Shown here: piece after piece, positions 1 to 9,661 of the stretch
Layout: each line of letters starts with the position of its first letter
Numbering within the stretch: the first letter of the stretch is position 1
Sequence record: NC_054935.2
From: Escherichia phage YUEEL01
Strand: one strand, 5' to 3'
DNA length: 64,000 nucleotides
Notes under the pieces: generated by a model
Told to the model about the DNA's origin: nothing
Databases searched by the model: none
What the model saw: the letters and a program-made list of their open reading frames with translations, nothing else
Translations under genes and position numbers: made by a program

Positions 1-4
1 AAGT

Positions 5-202
5 ATGAGAAAAATCTTCCGACTAAAAAGCTGTGGCGAGGATCAGATAATCAGCGACTTTGGTCAAATACCGATGGGGTGTGGAAACATGATTAAACTG
101 AATTACATTATGGATACTATAAATGATATGATTTTTCATTTTGGTCCAGAATTTTATTCCCAATATAGTTTAGTGCTTATCAATGCTTGGTTAATTAATT
201 AA
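5..202 (+). CDS. hypothetical protein; reading frame stays open to the window edge, so probably the 3' part of a longer gene
   Basis: ORF track; no stop between window start and the first ATG; no recognisable motif. Confidence 0.3.
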   Translation: MRKIFRLKSCGEDQIISDFGQIPMGCGNMIKLNYIMDTINDMIFHFGPEFYSQYSLVLINAWLIN

Positions 203-211
203 GGGTAAAAT

Positions 212-427
212 ATGTATAAATTTCGTAAAGGTTTAGCTGATTTTCTTACAACTGTAACATTCTTTCTGTTTATGGCAGTTGGAGCTATTTTCCTTATTCC
301 TTTTATTGCTATATTTTTCGTGATTAGTTTAATTTCTCCAGAAAAGGGCTTATCTTCTAGTGAGTTTAATGAGCGTCTGGATAAAATTACTAACAAGCTG
401 AATGCTGTTCTTGATAAAAAGGCTTAA
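212..427 (+). CDS. small hydrophobic (predicted membrane) protein
   Basis: 71-aa ORF with a long hydrophobic stretch; tightly packed with neighbours. Confidence 0.4.
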   Translation: MYKFRKGLADFLTTVTFFLFMAVGAIFLIPFIAIFFVISLISPEKGLSSSEFNERLDKITNKLNAVLDKKA

Positions 428-429
428 TT

Positions 430-741
430 ATGATTAGTTTTGAGCGGTATGTAGTAGAGAGTTGGAATGGTTTTGATATGTTCGGTAATGACTATTATTT
501 CTATGAATGTAGTCTGAACCCAAGCTTCTGGGCTGGACGTGAACAAGACCTCGAAGAAATCAACGCTCGTGCCGATTTGTTAGGTGAACTGCCTACTACT
601 TATTTCACCTTTGATGAATCCGGCTTCGTTATCCAGGTTTATTTTCCTGAAGAAAACTCTGGTGAGGATTCTGTTAACCCGCCATACTGGGCTTATCAAG
701 GAATTATTTCTCGTGGAACAAAACTCGAACTTAAAGAATAA
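430..741 (+). CDS. hypothetical protein
   Basis: 103-aa ORF, phage-like codon usage, start 2 nt after the upstream stop. Confidence 0.45.
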   Translation: MISFERYVVESWNGFDMFGNDYYFYECSLNPSFWAGREQDLEEINARADLLGELPTTYFTFDESGFVIQVYFPEENSGEDSVNPPYWAYQGIISRGTKLELKE

Positions 742-1036
742 GATTGAAATCTATGGCATCCCCGAAGAAGTAGGTCGTTGTCCTGGATGTCAATCAGTTA
801 CAAAACTTCTAAAGGAGCTCAATGCTCCTTTTACTTTCTATAAAGTTCTTACAAATAATGGTAAGATTGAGTATGATCGTCCACTGATTGTATCTCTTGC
901 TAAACGCGCCGGATTCACATCTCTTAACATTCGTTATCCAGTCATTTTCATTAATGATTCTAGACAAAAGAACATTAAACATTTCAAAGAAACTCTCATT
1001 TCACTTGGATATGATAGAGATATCATAGAAGACTAA
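713..1036 (+). CDS. thioredoxin/glutaredoxin-fold redox protein (CPGC active site), NrdH-like
   Basis: Translation contains IEIYGIPEEVGRCPGCQ, a CxxC redox motif; the only plausible start is an in-frame GTG near 713 with AAGGA upstream, overlapping the previous ORF; position matches the nrdH neighbourhood upstream of gene 55 in T4. Confidence 0.5.
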   Translation: MEQNSNLKNKIEIYGIPEEVGRCPGCQSVTKLLKELNAPFTFYKVLTNNGKIEYDRPLIVSLAKRAGFTSLNIRYPVIFINDSRQKNIKHFKETLISLGYDRDIIED

Positions 1037-1134
1037 GACGGGCCCTCTGGGTCCTTCTTTCTCACATTCTGTATATTACCATTCTAAGCTATCGTTCCCT
1101 TCTTATCATTCCCTAAAATAATTTTCACAAAGTT

Positions 1135-1164
1135 GTTTACAACGAGCTCAAACTGTGGTATTAT
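1135..1164 (+). promoter_or_regulatory. T4-type early promoter (GTTTAC -35, TGn-TATTAT -10)
   Basis: gtttac then ~18 bp then tgtggtattat; A-rich upstream tract. Confidence 0.55.
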
Positions 1165-1194
1165 TAACATATGAATTGCCTTTGAGGAATTGAT

Positions 1195-1377
1195 ATGGTT
1201 ATGGTTGATAAAGAAATTAAAAAGGGACAGTATTATCTCATTAATGGTAATGCTGTTCGTGTTACTCATGTAAATAGTTTTGAAGTTTGCTATATTATAC
1301 TCAAGTTACATAAACGCATGATTTGCGATCGTGCTGCATTTAGTTCAGTTGCTAAGGAAATTAAACTCCATGGGTAA
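1195..1377 (+). CDS. hypothetical protein
   Basis: 60-aa ORF with GAGGAA SD upstream. Confidence 0.35.
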   Translation: MVMVDKEIKKGQYYLINGNAVRVTHVNSFEVCYIILKLHKRMICDRAAFSSVAKEIKLHG

Positions 1378-1663
1378 AACGTATCGTCGTAAAGACTTAA
1401 AAGTGCGTGATTATGACTATTTCGGAAAGCGTAAAGCTCCTGATGGTGTAAGTCATAAAGATATGGTTGAAAACATTTTTCGCTCAGATAAATGGCGACG
1501 TATGCGAGGTGTTGATTCAGAGGTTAAGAATGAATTGAATCGTCAATTACGTGGTGAAGTAAGAAAGTTGAAAAAATCAGTTTACATTGACGATGATTTT
1601 GATTATAATACTTCTCAACGAGTTGCTAAACGCAAATCAAACGAGTGTTATCGTTACAGCTGA
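1370..1663 (+). CDS. hypothetical basic protein
   Basis: In-frame ATG at 1370 overlapping the previous stop; Lys/Arg-rich 97 aa. Confidence 0.4.
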   Translation: MGKTYRRKDLKVRDYDYFGKRKAPDGVSHKDMVENIFRSDKWRRMRGVDSEVKNELNRQLRGEVRKLKKSVYIDDDFDYNTSQRVAKRKSNECYRYS

Positions 1664-1670
1664 GGAAAAT

Positions 1671-1802
1671 ATGAATATCAAACGAATGCTTTTTAAGCAA
1701 GGGCTATATACTTTAAATGCTACTCCAAAAGGCGATACAACTAAGTGGTCAGTAAATGACTGGATTAAATTTATTGATGAAAATGGTAATTGGGAAATTT
1801 AA
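1671..1802 (+). CDS. hypothetical small protein
   Basis: ATG at 1671 preceded by GAGGAAAAT; track ORF 1587..1802 overlaps the upstream gene, so the internal start is preferred. Confidence 0.4.
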   Translation: MNIKRMLFKQGLYTLNATPKGDTTKWSVNDWIKFIDENGNWEI

Positions 1803-2003
1803 ATGAATCCTGAATCTAAATTATCGCAGCGAATTGCTGAAGAACGCGCCAAATTTTTCCAGAACATGAAACACAATGGTATTGAGGATGAAGTTTTTCT
1901 AAATTGGTTCTGGAATAATAAGTATGCAGCATGTGAAGGAGCTTTGTCATTGTCAGTCGCAATGATGTACGAAGGCTGGAAGGGTGCCAAAAAGTTTAGC
2001 TAA
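1803..2003 (+). CDS. hypothetical protein
   Basis: 66-aa ORF; start overlaps the upstream stop; followed by a terminator hairpin. Confidence 0.4.
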   Translation: MNPESKLSQRIAEERAKFFQNMKHNGIEDEVFLNWFWNNKYAACEGALSLSVAMMYEGWKGAKKFS

Positions 2004-2021
2004 GGGCTTCGGCCCTTTTTT
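2002..2021 (+). terminator. intrinsic terminator (GGGC-UUCG-GCCC hairpin plus U-run)
   Basis: aagggcttcggccctttttt immediately after the stop codon. Confidence 0.65.
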
Positions 2022-2056
2022 GGATAATAAAATTTTAACGTAATTGAGGATAATGT

Positions 2057-2383
2057 ATGACTATTAAAATTAAAAACGCCATCAATTCTTACGCATATGA
2101 TAAAGTAGTTTCTTTGCTAGAAAAAGGCGATATTGTAACTCCTCAAATTTTGGATAAATGGGAAAAAGAGCTTCATCAGATGATGAAACAGAATGATCAG
2201 AAGATTGGACGCAATACTGTCCGTGAATTGTTGGTTCAATATATCTTGTCAGAATTTGATGTTAAAGCTTTTGGTGTAGAATCTAAAGCTTATCAAAAGC
2301 ATGAAATTTCCGATAAAACTATTCGTCGCATGAAAAATCAACGCAAGAAAAAATTTGCAGACCTGAAAATTACTAAGGTATAA
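2057..2383 (+). CDS. hypothetical protein
   Basis: 108-aa ORF with GAGGATAAT SD. Confidence 0.45.
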   Translation: MTIKIKNAINSYAYDKVVSLLEKGDIVTPQILDKWEKELHQMMKQNDQKIGRNTVRELLVQYILSEFDVKAFGVESKAYQKHEISDKTIRRMKNQRKKKFADLKITKV

Positions 2384-2385
2384 TT

Positions 2386-2601
2386 ATGAACGAAGCTCTT
2401 ATTAACGATTTGCGTCTTGCTGGATATGAAGTAAATACAAATGGCATTGGTTTAACTCAAATTGAAGGAAACGGATTCATCCTTGAGTATGAATTTAGCC
2501 AATGGTGGTTATATGCCAATTACGGCGAATTGATTGAATATGTTGACCAATTTGATTCACTAGATGCAGCTCTTGAAGCGGCTAAGTTGATGAATGTATG
2601 A
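2386..2601 (+). CDS. hypothetical protein
   Basis: 71-aa ORF, 2-nt spacing from upstream gene. Confidence 0.4.
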   Translation: MNEALINDLRLAGYEVNTNGIGLTQIEGNGFILEYEFSQWWLYANYGELIEYVDQFDSLDAALEAAKLMNV

Positions 2602-2828
2602 AATTTATTAATATTTCTATTACTATTGAAAATTATGGCATTTTCTATGTTGACCAATACATGAAAATTTCATTTTTCCCAAATAAGACTGGTGTTGGAT
2701 ATTGGGAAAGTCATGTTTCTGAATTAAATGAAAGTGAATATGTTAGCACACATGAAAAGTTTTTAGACTTTTTATATCATGCTGATTTAACTAGTCATTA
2801 TATAGATATTCATGAATTAAAAAGATGA
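2598..2828 (+). CDS. hypothetical protein
   Basis: 76-aa ORF overlapping the upstream stop (ATGA). Confidence 0.35.
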   Translation: MKFINISITIENYGIFYVDQYMKISFFPNKTGVGYWESHVSELNESEYVSTHEKFLDFLYHADLTSHYIDIHELKR

Positions 2829-2944
2829 TGGAGAAAGTGTTCCAAGCATACTGCTTACTTAGATAACTGATATCCTCTATGCTTTAAGATAGATCTTCAA
2901 ATATTATGATATAATAGATCTATGAATTGAGCTAAGAGGTGAAA

Positions 2945-3502
2945 ATGTCAGAAACTAAGCCTAAATATAATTACGTAAACAATAAAGAGCTTTTACAAGC
3001 TATTATTGATTGGAAAACAGAATTAGCAAATAATAAAGACCCAAATAAAGTAGTTCGTCAGAATGATACTATCGGATTAGCCATTATGCTTATTGCAGAA
3101 GGCTTATCTAAACGTTTCAACTTTTCAGGATACACCCAGTCTTGGAAACAAGAAATGATTGCAGATGGTATAGAAGCTTCTATTAAGGGGCTTCACAATT
3201 TTGATGAAACGAAATATAAAAACCCACATGCGTATATAACTCAAGCTTGTTTTAATGCATTCGTCCAACGTATTAAAAAAGAACGTAAGGAAGTTGCAAA
3301 GAAATATAGTTACTTCGTTCACAATGTCTATGACAGTCGTGACGACGATATGGTTGCGTTAGTAGATGAAACTTTTATTCAAGACATCTACGATAAAATG
3401 ACGCATTACGAAGAATCAACCTATAGAACACCGGGGGCTGAAAAGAAAAGTGTTGTAGACGATTCTCCTAGTTTGGATTTTTTATATGAGGCTAACGATT
3501 AA
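2945..3502 (+). CDS. 55: gp55, sigma factor for late transcription
   Basis: 185-aa translation [24 protein letters not shown]... matches T4 gp55 as I remember it; GAGGTGA SD; track ORF begins at an upstream GTG. Confidence 0.9.
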
Positions 3503-3704
3503 CCTCTCCGGATTCTTGGAAGAAATACCTGAAGTTGAAGCTATTCCCTATTTACTTAAAATGTATCTCAGGGAAGTTTTAGCTCTTGACATTGATATTG
3601 ACCCAGAAAATCCGTATGATACCGCTTTTAAATCTAATGGTGTAGAATTAAACTATCGGTATCATTTAACAGATGATGATTTTTATTTTATATTAGAGAA
3701 ATAA
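3486..3704 (+). CDS. hypothetical protein
   Basis: 72-aa ORF overlapping the end of gene 55. Confidence 0.35.
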
Positions 3705-3705
3705 T

Positions 3706-4023
3706 ATGACTGATAAACCCGAAATTAATGATGAAGTGGAAAAGCTTATTTCTTCTATTGAAGAAAAGAACCGTCTTGAAGCAGAAAGAAAAGCAAATAA
3801 GTTATTGTCTAAAAACAAACGCGAACTGAATCGTCTTTATAAGCACGCTCAGATCGCAGCTGAAAATAATAATTTTGCTCAATACGAATATGCTATCAAG
3901 AAAAGTCGGGATATTCTAAAACAGCCATATAACGATGAACTCATTAGTATTCTTTGGAAGACTACTAGATCGCAGATTGAGGATATGATTGATGCTTACA
4001 CACGTAAAATTCAAGCGTCTTAA
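3706..4023 (+). CDS. hypothetical protein (predicted coiled coil)
   Basis: 105-aa ORF, charged and helical in character. Confidence 0.4.
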   Translation: MTDKPEINDEVEKLISSIEEKNRLEAERKANKLLSKNKRELNRLYKHAQIAAENNNFAQYEYAIKKSRDILKQPYNDELISILWKTTRSQIEDMIDAYTRKIQAS

Positions 4024-4195
4024 AATTAATGCAGGATTTACTGAATCTCTGAATGGTCATCTTTGTGTGAAAATTTCTGAAAAAGAATACCATGATAGTT
4101 CAATTAAAGAAGTTAATCCTCCTATTGTAAGAGCAGACCCTAATATGAAAGTGTGGGTTGATTCTTATCAAGTCAAAAAATGGTGGCAACTGTGA
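3989..4195 (+). CDS. hypothetical protein
   Basis: 68-aa ORF. Confidence 0.3.
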   Translation: MMLTHVKFKRLKINAGFTESLNGHLCVKISEKEYHDSSIKEVNPPIVRADPNMKVWVDSYQVKKWWQL

Positions 4196-4198
4196 AAG

Positions 4199-4372
4199 AT
4201 GAACACCCAGACTTCTGAAATAGATTATAATAAAATTCGTTCCTCTAAAGAGGAAATGATGAGACGCTTTAAAGAGTCTCATGATAAAGCTAAAGCAGAA
4301 GGAACTATAAAATATAAGCGCATAAAATTTAAAAGTTCTAACGAGCCTCTGTATGGCGTATTATGTGGATAG
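4199..4372 (+). CDS. hypothetical small basic protein
   Basis: 57-aa ORF read by eye (below track cutoff); ends inside a hairpin. Confidence 0.3.
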   Translation: MNTQTSEIDYNKIRSSKEEMMRRFKESHDKAKAEGTIKYKRIKFKSSNEPLYGVLCG

Positions 4373-4388
4373 GAGCTTCGGCTCCTAT
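4369..4388 (+). terminator. stem-loop with UUCG tetraloop, weak U-run
   Basis: ataggagcttcggctcctat. Confidence 0.4.
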
Positions 4389-4438
4389 ATTGCTTTATAA
4401 ATTTTTGGTAAAATAAACCAAAACAAAGAGGATATTAA

Positions 4439-5641
4439 ATGAAAGTATGTATTTTTATGGCTCGAGGTCTTGAAGGTTGTGGTGTAACTAAATTTTCTCT
4501 TGAGCAGCGTGATTGGTTTATTAAAAATGGTCATGAAGTAACTTTGGTTTATGCTAAAGATAAATCATTTACTCGTAACTGTGCACATGATTATAAATCA
4601 TTTTCAATTCCGGTTTTATTGGCAAAAGAATACGATAAAACGCTTAAGCTGGTAAATGATTGTGATATTCTAATTATCAATTCAGTTCCTGCTACTTCAG
4701 TCGAAGAAGACACAATTAATAACTATAAAAAAATTATTGATAACATTAAACCTTCGGTTCGTGTTGTAGTTTATCAGCATGACCATTCTTCTCTTTCTTT
4801 ACGCCGAAATTTGGGATTAGAAGAAACTGTTCGTCGAGCTGATGTTATTTTTAGCCATTCTGATAATGGTGATTTTAATAAAGTTCTGATGAAAGAATGG
4901 TATCCAGAAACTGTTTCTCTGTTTGATGATATTGAAGAAGCACCGACAGTATATAACTTTCAGCCTCCTATGGATATTGCGAAGGTTCGGTCAACCTACT
5001 GGAAAGATGTTTCTGAAATTAACATGAATATCAACCGTTGGATTGGTCGTACGACTACATGGAAAGGTTTTTATCAGATGTTTGATTTTCATGAAAAACA
5101 TCTTAAACCTGCAGGACTAAGTACTATTATGGAAGGTCTGGAACGTTCTCCAGCGTTCATTCCTATTAAAGAAAAAGGAATTCCATACGAGTATTATCGT
5201 CTTCATCAAGTAGACCAAATTAAAATTGCTCCTAATTTGCCAACGCAAATTCTTGACCGTTATGTAAATAGCGAAATGCTTGAACGCATGAGTAAATCCG
5301 GATTTGGTTATCAGTTGAGTAAGTTGGATAAAAAATATCTGCAACGTTCTTTAGAATATACTCATCTCGAGCTTGGTGCATGTGGAACAATTCCGGTATT
5401 TTGGAAATCTACTGGCGAAAATTTAAAATTCCGTGTTGATAATACTCCTTTGACCTCGCATGATAGCGGTATCATTTGGTTTGATGAAAATGATATGGAA
5501 TCAACGTTTGAACGTATTAAAGAACTGTCATCTGACCGAGCTCTTTATGACCGTGAGCGAGAAAAAGCATATGAATTTTTGTATCAGCATCAAGATTCAA
5601 GCTTCTGCTTTAAAGAACAGTTTGACATTATTACAAAATAA
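4439..5641 (+). CDS. agt: alpha-glucosyltransferase (glucosylates hydroxymethylcytosine DNA)
   Basis: 400-aa translation MKVCIFMARGLEGCGVTKFSLEQRDWFIKNGHEVTLVYAKDKSF... near-identical to T4 alpha-gt from memory. Confidence 0.92.
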   Translation: MKVCIFMARGLEGCGVTKFSLEQRDWFIKNGHEVTLVYAKDKSFTRNCAHDYKSFSIPVLLAKEYDKTLKLVNDCDILIINSVPATSVEEDTINNYKKIIDNIKPSVRVVVYQHDHSSLSLRRNLGLEETVRRADVIFSHSDNGDFNKVLMKEWYPETVSLFDDIEEAPTVYNFQPPMDIAKVRSTYWKDVSEINMNINRWIGRTTTWKGFYQMFDFHEKHLKPAGLSTIMEGLERSPAFIPIKEKGIPYEYYRLHQVDQIKIAPNLPTQILDRYVNSEMLERMSKSGFGYQLSKLDKKYLQRSLEYTHLELGACGTIPVFWKSTGENLKFRVDNTPLTSHDSGIIWFDENDMESTFERIKELSSDRALYDREREKAYEFLYQHQDSSFCFKEQFDIITK

Positions 5642-5657
5642 AGGGCTTCGGCCCTTT
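5641..5657 (+). terminator. intrinsic terminator hairpin (UUCG tetraloop)
   Basis: aagggcttcggcccttt directly after the agt stop. Confidence 0.6.
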
Positions 5658-5682
5658 AGCTTTATACGGAGTTTGATATAAT
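5656..5682 (+). promoter_or_regulatory. putative MotA-dependent middle promoter
   Basis: ttagcttta (MotA-box-like) 12 bp upstream of tataat; same arrangement recurs upstream of gene 39. Confidence 0.35.
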
Positions 5683-5821
5683 GATATTTCTTGGATATGT
5701 GATACTTTTTCTTGCATTTTATCTATTCACTAGAGCATGCTGGATTGGTTTCTTTAGCACACCAGATGGGTTTATTTCAATAATTTTATTTTGCATTTCA
5801 ATGACGGTTCTTGATATATGA
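5681..5821 (+). CDS. small hydrophobic protein (47.1-like position)
   Basis: 46-aa ORF read by eye, MIFLGYVILFLAFYLF..., ATGA overlap with gene 47 start. Confidence 0.4.
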   Translation: MIFLGYVILFLAFYLFTRACWIGFFSTPDGFISIILFCISMTVLDI

Positions 5822-6837
5822 AAATTTTAAATTTAGGTGATTGGCATTTAGGCGTTAAAGCTGATGATGAGTGGATTCGCGGTATTCAAATTGATGGAAT
5901 TAAACAAGCGATAGAATATTCTAAGAAAAATGGAATTACTGTATGGATTCAATATGGTGATATTTTTGATGTGCGAAAAGCAATCACGCATAAAACTATG
6001 GAGTTTGCCCGTGAAATAGTTCAAATGCTTGATGGTGCTGGAATCACATTACATACTATTGTAGGAAATCACGATCTCCACTATAAAAATGTAATGCATC
6101 CAAATGCCTCTACTGAGCTTTTGGCTAAATATCCTAATGTTAAAGTATATGATAAGCCTACTACAGTAGATTTTGACGGATGTTTAATTGATTTAATTCC
6201 TTGGATGTGTGAAGAAAATACTGGTGAAATTCTTGAGCATATCAAAACTTCATCTGCTTCTTTTTGTGTTGGTCACTGGGAACTGAATGGATTTTATTTT
6301 TATAAAGGAATGAAATCTCATGGTCTTGAACCTGATTTCCTTAAGACTTATAAAGAAGTGTGGTCTGGTCACTTCCATACTATTTCTGAGGCTGCTAACG
6401 TCAGATATATTGGGACACCATGGACACTAACAGCAGGTGACGAGAATGACCCTCGTGGGTTCTGGATGTTTGATACAGAAACAGAACGAATGGAATTTAT
6501 TCCAAATAATACTACCTGGCATCGTAGAATTCATTATCCATTTAAAGGAAAAATTGACTATAAAGATTTTACAAATCTATCAGTACGTGTTATAGTAACT
6601 GAAGTAGACAAAAATCTGACGAAGTTCGAATCTGAACTAGAGAAAGTTGTGCATTCATTACGAGTTGTGTCAAAGATTGATAACTCTGTCGAGTCAGATG
6701 ACAGCGAAGAGGTTGAAGTTCAATCTCTTCAGACGTTGATGGAAGAATACATTAATGCAATTCCAGACATCACCGATTCTGACCGTGAAGCACTTATTCA
6801 ATATGCAAATCAGCTATATGTAGAGGCAACACAATGA
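5818..6837 (+). CDS. 47: gp47 recombination nuclease subunit (Mre11-like phosphoesterase)
   Basis: 339 aa with GDWH and GNHD phosphoesterase motifs; matches T4 gp47. Confidence 0.92.
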   Translation: MKILNLGDWHLGVKADDEWIRGIQIDGIKQAIEYSKKNGITVWIQYGDIFDVRKAITHKTMEFAREIVQMLDGAGITLHTIVGNHDLHYKNVMHPNASTELLAKYPNVKVYDKPTTVDFDGCLIDLIPWMCEENTGEILEHIKTSSASFCVGHWELNGFYFYKGMKSHGLEPDFLKTYKEVWSGHFHTISEAANVRYIGTPWTLTAGDENDPRGFWMFDTETERMEFIPNNTTWHRRIHYPFKGKIDYKDFTNLSVRVIVTEVDKNLTKFESELEKVVHSLRVVSKIDNSVESDDSEEVEVQSLQTLMEEYINAIPDITDSDREALIQYANQLYVEATQ

Positions 6838-7097
6838 CTTTTGATGAATTTAAAAATGTTATGATGAGTCAGCATTTTGAATGCGAAGTAAAAGATGATA
6901 TTGGGCATAAAGAAATTATTGAATATTGGTTTGAACCGCTAGAGGTTGAAGATAATTGTATTAAAAAGGTTACGGTCTGCACTGACTGGGCTGTATCCTT
7001 TAACTTCAACATTTTAGATAATGACACACCTAAATCATTACGAGATATGGCCGTATCTTGTATTAAGGATGCATACTGTGAAGTTTTCGACATTTGA
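6834..7097 (+). CDS. hypothetical protein
   Basis: 87-aa ORF, ATGA overlap with gene 47 stop. Confidence 0.4.
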   Translation: MTFDEFKNVMMSQHFECEVKDDIGHKEIIEYWFEPLEVEDNCIKKVTVCTDWAVSFNFNILDNDTPKSLRDMAVSCIKDAYCEVFDI

Positions 7098-7284
7098 CAT
7101 TAATGATGAATTCATAGCAAACATTGATTATACCGAAGAAGATTCTAGATATGTTGGAATAATTTATATTACATCAAAAACAGCACAAGGCGTTGTTTGC
7201 ATGGCTGAATTTGATGAATACTTTTTAGATTATGATGATATGATAGAATGGTCTAAAAGATACATTAAAAGGAATCTTTTGTGA
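7069..7284 (+). CDS. hypothetical protein
   Basis: ORF track 7021..7284; internal ATG at 7069 reduces the overlap with the upstream gene; start uncertain. Confidence 0.35.
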   Translation: MHTVKFSTFDINDEFIANIDYTEEDSRYVGIIYITSKTAQGVVCMAEFDEYFLDYDDMIEWSKRYIKRNLL

Positions 7285-8963
7285 AGAATTTTAAACTTAA
7301 TAGAGTAAAATATAAAAATATAATGTCAGTTGGTCAAAATGGGATTGACATTCAATTAGATAAGGTTCAAAAAACTCTTATTACTGGACGAAATGGCGGT
7401 GGTAAGTCTACTATGCTAGAAGCCATCACATTTGGGCTTTTTGGCAAGCCATTTCGTGATGTAAAGAAAGGTCAATTAATAAACAGCACAAATAAGAAAG
7501 AACTTTTAGTTGAACTGTGGATGGAATATGATGAGAAAAAGTACTATATCAAAAGAGGACAAAAACCAAACGTTTTCGAAATCACCGTTAACGGTACACG
7601 TCTTAATGAATCTGCCAGCAGTAAAGATTTCCAAGCAGAATTTGAACAGCTTATCGGAATGTCATATGCCAGTTTCAAGCAGATTGTTGTCCTTGGTACA
7701 GCAGGGTATACCCCTTTCATGGGTTTGTCGACCCCTGCACGAAGAAAGCTTGTGGAAGACCTGCTTGAGGTAGGAACATTAGCTGAAATGGATAAGCTTA
7801 ATAAAGCACTAATACGTGAATTAAATTCGCAGAACCAAGTGCTTGATGTTAAAAAAGATAGTATTATCCAACAAATTAAAATATATAATGATAACGTTGA
7901 ACGCCAGAAAAAATTAACGGGTGACAACCTTACTCGTCTGCAAAATATGTATGATGATTTGGCAAAAGAAGCTAGAACGCTAAAATCTGAAATAGAAGAA
8001 GCTAATGAAAGATTAGTTAATATTGTTTTAGATGAAGACCCGACTGATGCATTTAATAAAATCGGTCAAGAAGCAGTTTTAATTAAATCAAAAATTGACT
8101 CGTATAATAAAGTCATTAATATGTATCACGAAGGTGGATTATGTCCAACCTGTTTGTCACAATTAAGTTCCGGTGATAAAGTTGTTTCTAAAATTAAAGA
8201 TAAAGTTTCTGAATGTACGCATTCGTTTGAACAGCTTTCAACACACCGTGATAATTTAAAAGTTCTTGTTGATGAATACCGAGATAATATTAAAACCCAA
8301 CAGTCGTTGGCAAATGATATTCGCAATAAAAAGCAATCTCTGATCGCAGCAGTAGATAAAGCTAAAAAGGTTAAAGCGGCTATAGAAAAAGCATCTTCTG
8401 AGTTTATTGACCATGCTGATGAAATAGCACTGCTTCAAGAAGAACTTGATAAAATTGTTAAGACAAAAACTAATTTAGTAATGGAAAAATACCACCGAGG
8501 AATTTTGACTGATATGCTCAAAGATTCTGGTATTAAAGGTGCTATTATTAAAAAGTACATTCCATTATTTAATAAGCAGATTAACCATTATCTTAAAATA
8601 ATGGAAGCGGATTATGTGTTTACATTAGATGAAGAATTTAATGAGACAATTAAATCCCGTGGTCGCGAAGATTTTAGTTATGCTTCATTTAGTGAAGGTG
8701 AAAAAGCGCGAATTGATATTGCTCTTTTATTTACTTGGCGTGATATTGCTTCTATTGTATCTGGTGTTAGTATTAGTACATTAATACTCGATGAAGTGTT
8801 TGATGGGTCATTTGATGCCGAAGGTATTAAAGGTGTAGCTAATATTATAAATTCAATGAAAAACACTAATGTTTTTATAATTTCGCATAAAGACCATGAC
8901 CCGCAAGAATACGGTCAGCATCTTCAAATGAAGAAAGTTGGTCGATTTACTGTAATGGTTTAA
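7281..8963 (+). CDS. 46: gp46 recombination ATPase (Rad50/SbcC-like)
   Basis: 560 aa, GTG start, Walker A GRNGGGKST, coiled-coil middle with CPTC zinc hook, C-terminal ILDEVFDGSFD. Confidence 0.92.
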   Translation: MKNFKLNRVKYKNIMSVGQNGIDIQLDKVQKTLITGRNGGGKSTMLEAITFGLFGKPFRDVKKGQLINSTNKKELLVELWMEYDEKKYYIKRGQKPNVFEITVNGTRLNESASSKDFQAEFEQLIGMSYASFKQIVVLGTAGYTPFMGLSTPARRKLVEDLLEVGTLAEMDKLNKALIRELNSQNQVLDVKKDSIIQQIKIYNDNVERQKKLTGDNLTRLQNMYDDLAKEARTLKSEIEEANERLVNIVLDEDPTDAFNKIGQEAVLIKSKIDSYNKVINMYHEGGLCPTCLSQLSSGDKVVSKIKDKVSECTHSFEQLSTHRDNLKVLVDEYRDNIKTQQSLANDIRNKKQSLIAAVDKAKKVKAAIEKASSEFIDHADEIALLQEELDKIVKTKTNLVMEKYHRGILTDMLKDSGIKGAIIKKYIPLFNKQINHYLKIMEADYVFTLDEEFNETIKSRGREDFSYASFSEGEKARIDIALLFTWRDIASIVSGVSISTLILDEVFDGSFDAEGIKGVANIINSMKNTNVFIISHKDHDPQEYGQHLQMKKVGRFTVMV

Positions 8964-9018
8964 TTTATAAGAGATTATGCTTTAATTTATTAGAGTATAA
9001 TCTCTATGGAGGAAAAAC

Positions 9019-9207
9019 ATGGAATATTCAACCGGACAGCATCTATTAACTATTCCTGAAATAAAACGATATATTCTGAGAAATAATTTTTCTAATGAAG
9101 AGCATATAGTTACTGAATCTATGCTTAGGAATGCATTTAAAGCAGAATATACAAAAATAATGTCCAATAGAAATGAAGCTTGGACTGTTACTGATTATTA
9201 TGACTAA
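9019..9207 (+). CDS. hypothetical protein
   Basis: 62-aa ORF with GGAGGAAAAAC SD. Confidence 0.4.
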   Translation: MEYSTGQHLLTIPEIKRYILRNNFSNEEHIVTESMLRNAFKAEYTKIMSNRNEAWTVTDYYD

Positions 9208-9216
9208 AGGTGTATT

Positions 9217-9606
9217 ATGACTAAAATTACTGTGAATTATACTGTTGATGTAAAAGATATTCAGCCAAAACACGTGCGTTCTGAATCAAATCCACAAAAC
9301 CAAAATAAAATTCGTCGAGCATGGGTTTTGTCTCTTTCTGATAACGCAATGGAAGTTATTCAGAACAAAATTAAATCTGCACCTGCTCGTCATGCGTATT
9401 ATGAAGCTATCGATCGTGAAGTAAGTAATAAATGGATTGAACTAATGCGCAAACATACTACAGAATCCCTAAACGCCGGTGCTAAATTTATTATGACTTC
9501 ATGTGGTGAACGTCTTGAAGATGATTATTGCGGTAATGCAGATGAACGTCTAATTGTTGCTGCTCAAATTGTTGCGGAAACAATTGCGGCTGATTTTAAT
9601 CGTTAA
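9217..9606 (+). CDS. rpbA: RNA polymerase-binding protein RpbA
   Basis: 129-aa ORF at the expected position between 46 and 45; size matches T4 RpbA; sequence recalled only approximately. Confidence 0.65.
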
Positions 9607-9661
9607 TTGCTTTATTAAATTAGTTATAAAATTAAATCTCATTTGAATTGAAGGAAATTAC

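Noticed and set aside
584-1036. Thioredoxin-like ORF appears to lack a start codon unless extended to an ATG at 584 that overlaps the upstream gene by 158 nt
   Set aside because: An in-frame GTG at 713 with an AAGGA element 10 nt upstream gives a conventional short overlap; frameshift or non-canonical initiation need not be invoked.
7510-7927. Alternative-frame and antisense ORFs inside gene 46
   Set aside because: Embedded in a recognised gene with no SD; typical shadow ORFs.
9605-9661. Possible late promoter upstream of gene 45 (gttataaaatt)
   Set aside because: Reads TATAAAAT, one mismatch from the strict TATAAATA late consensus; not called without supporting evidence.
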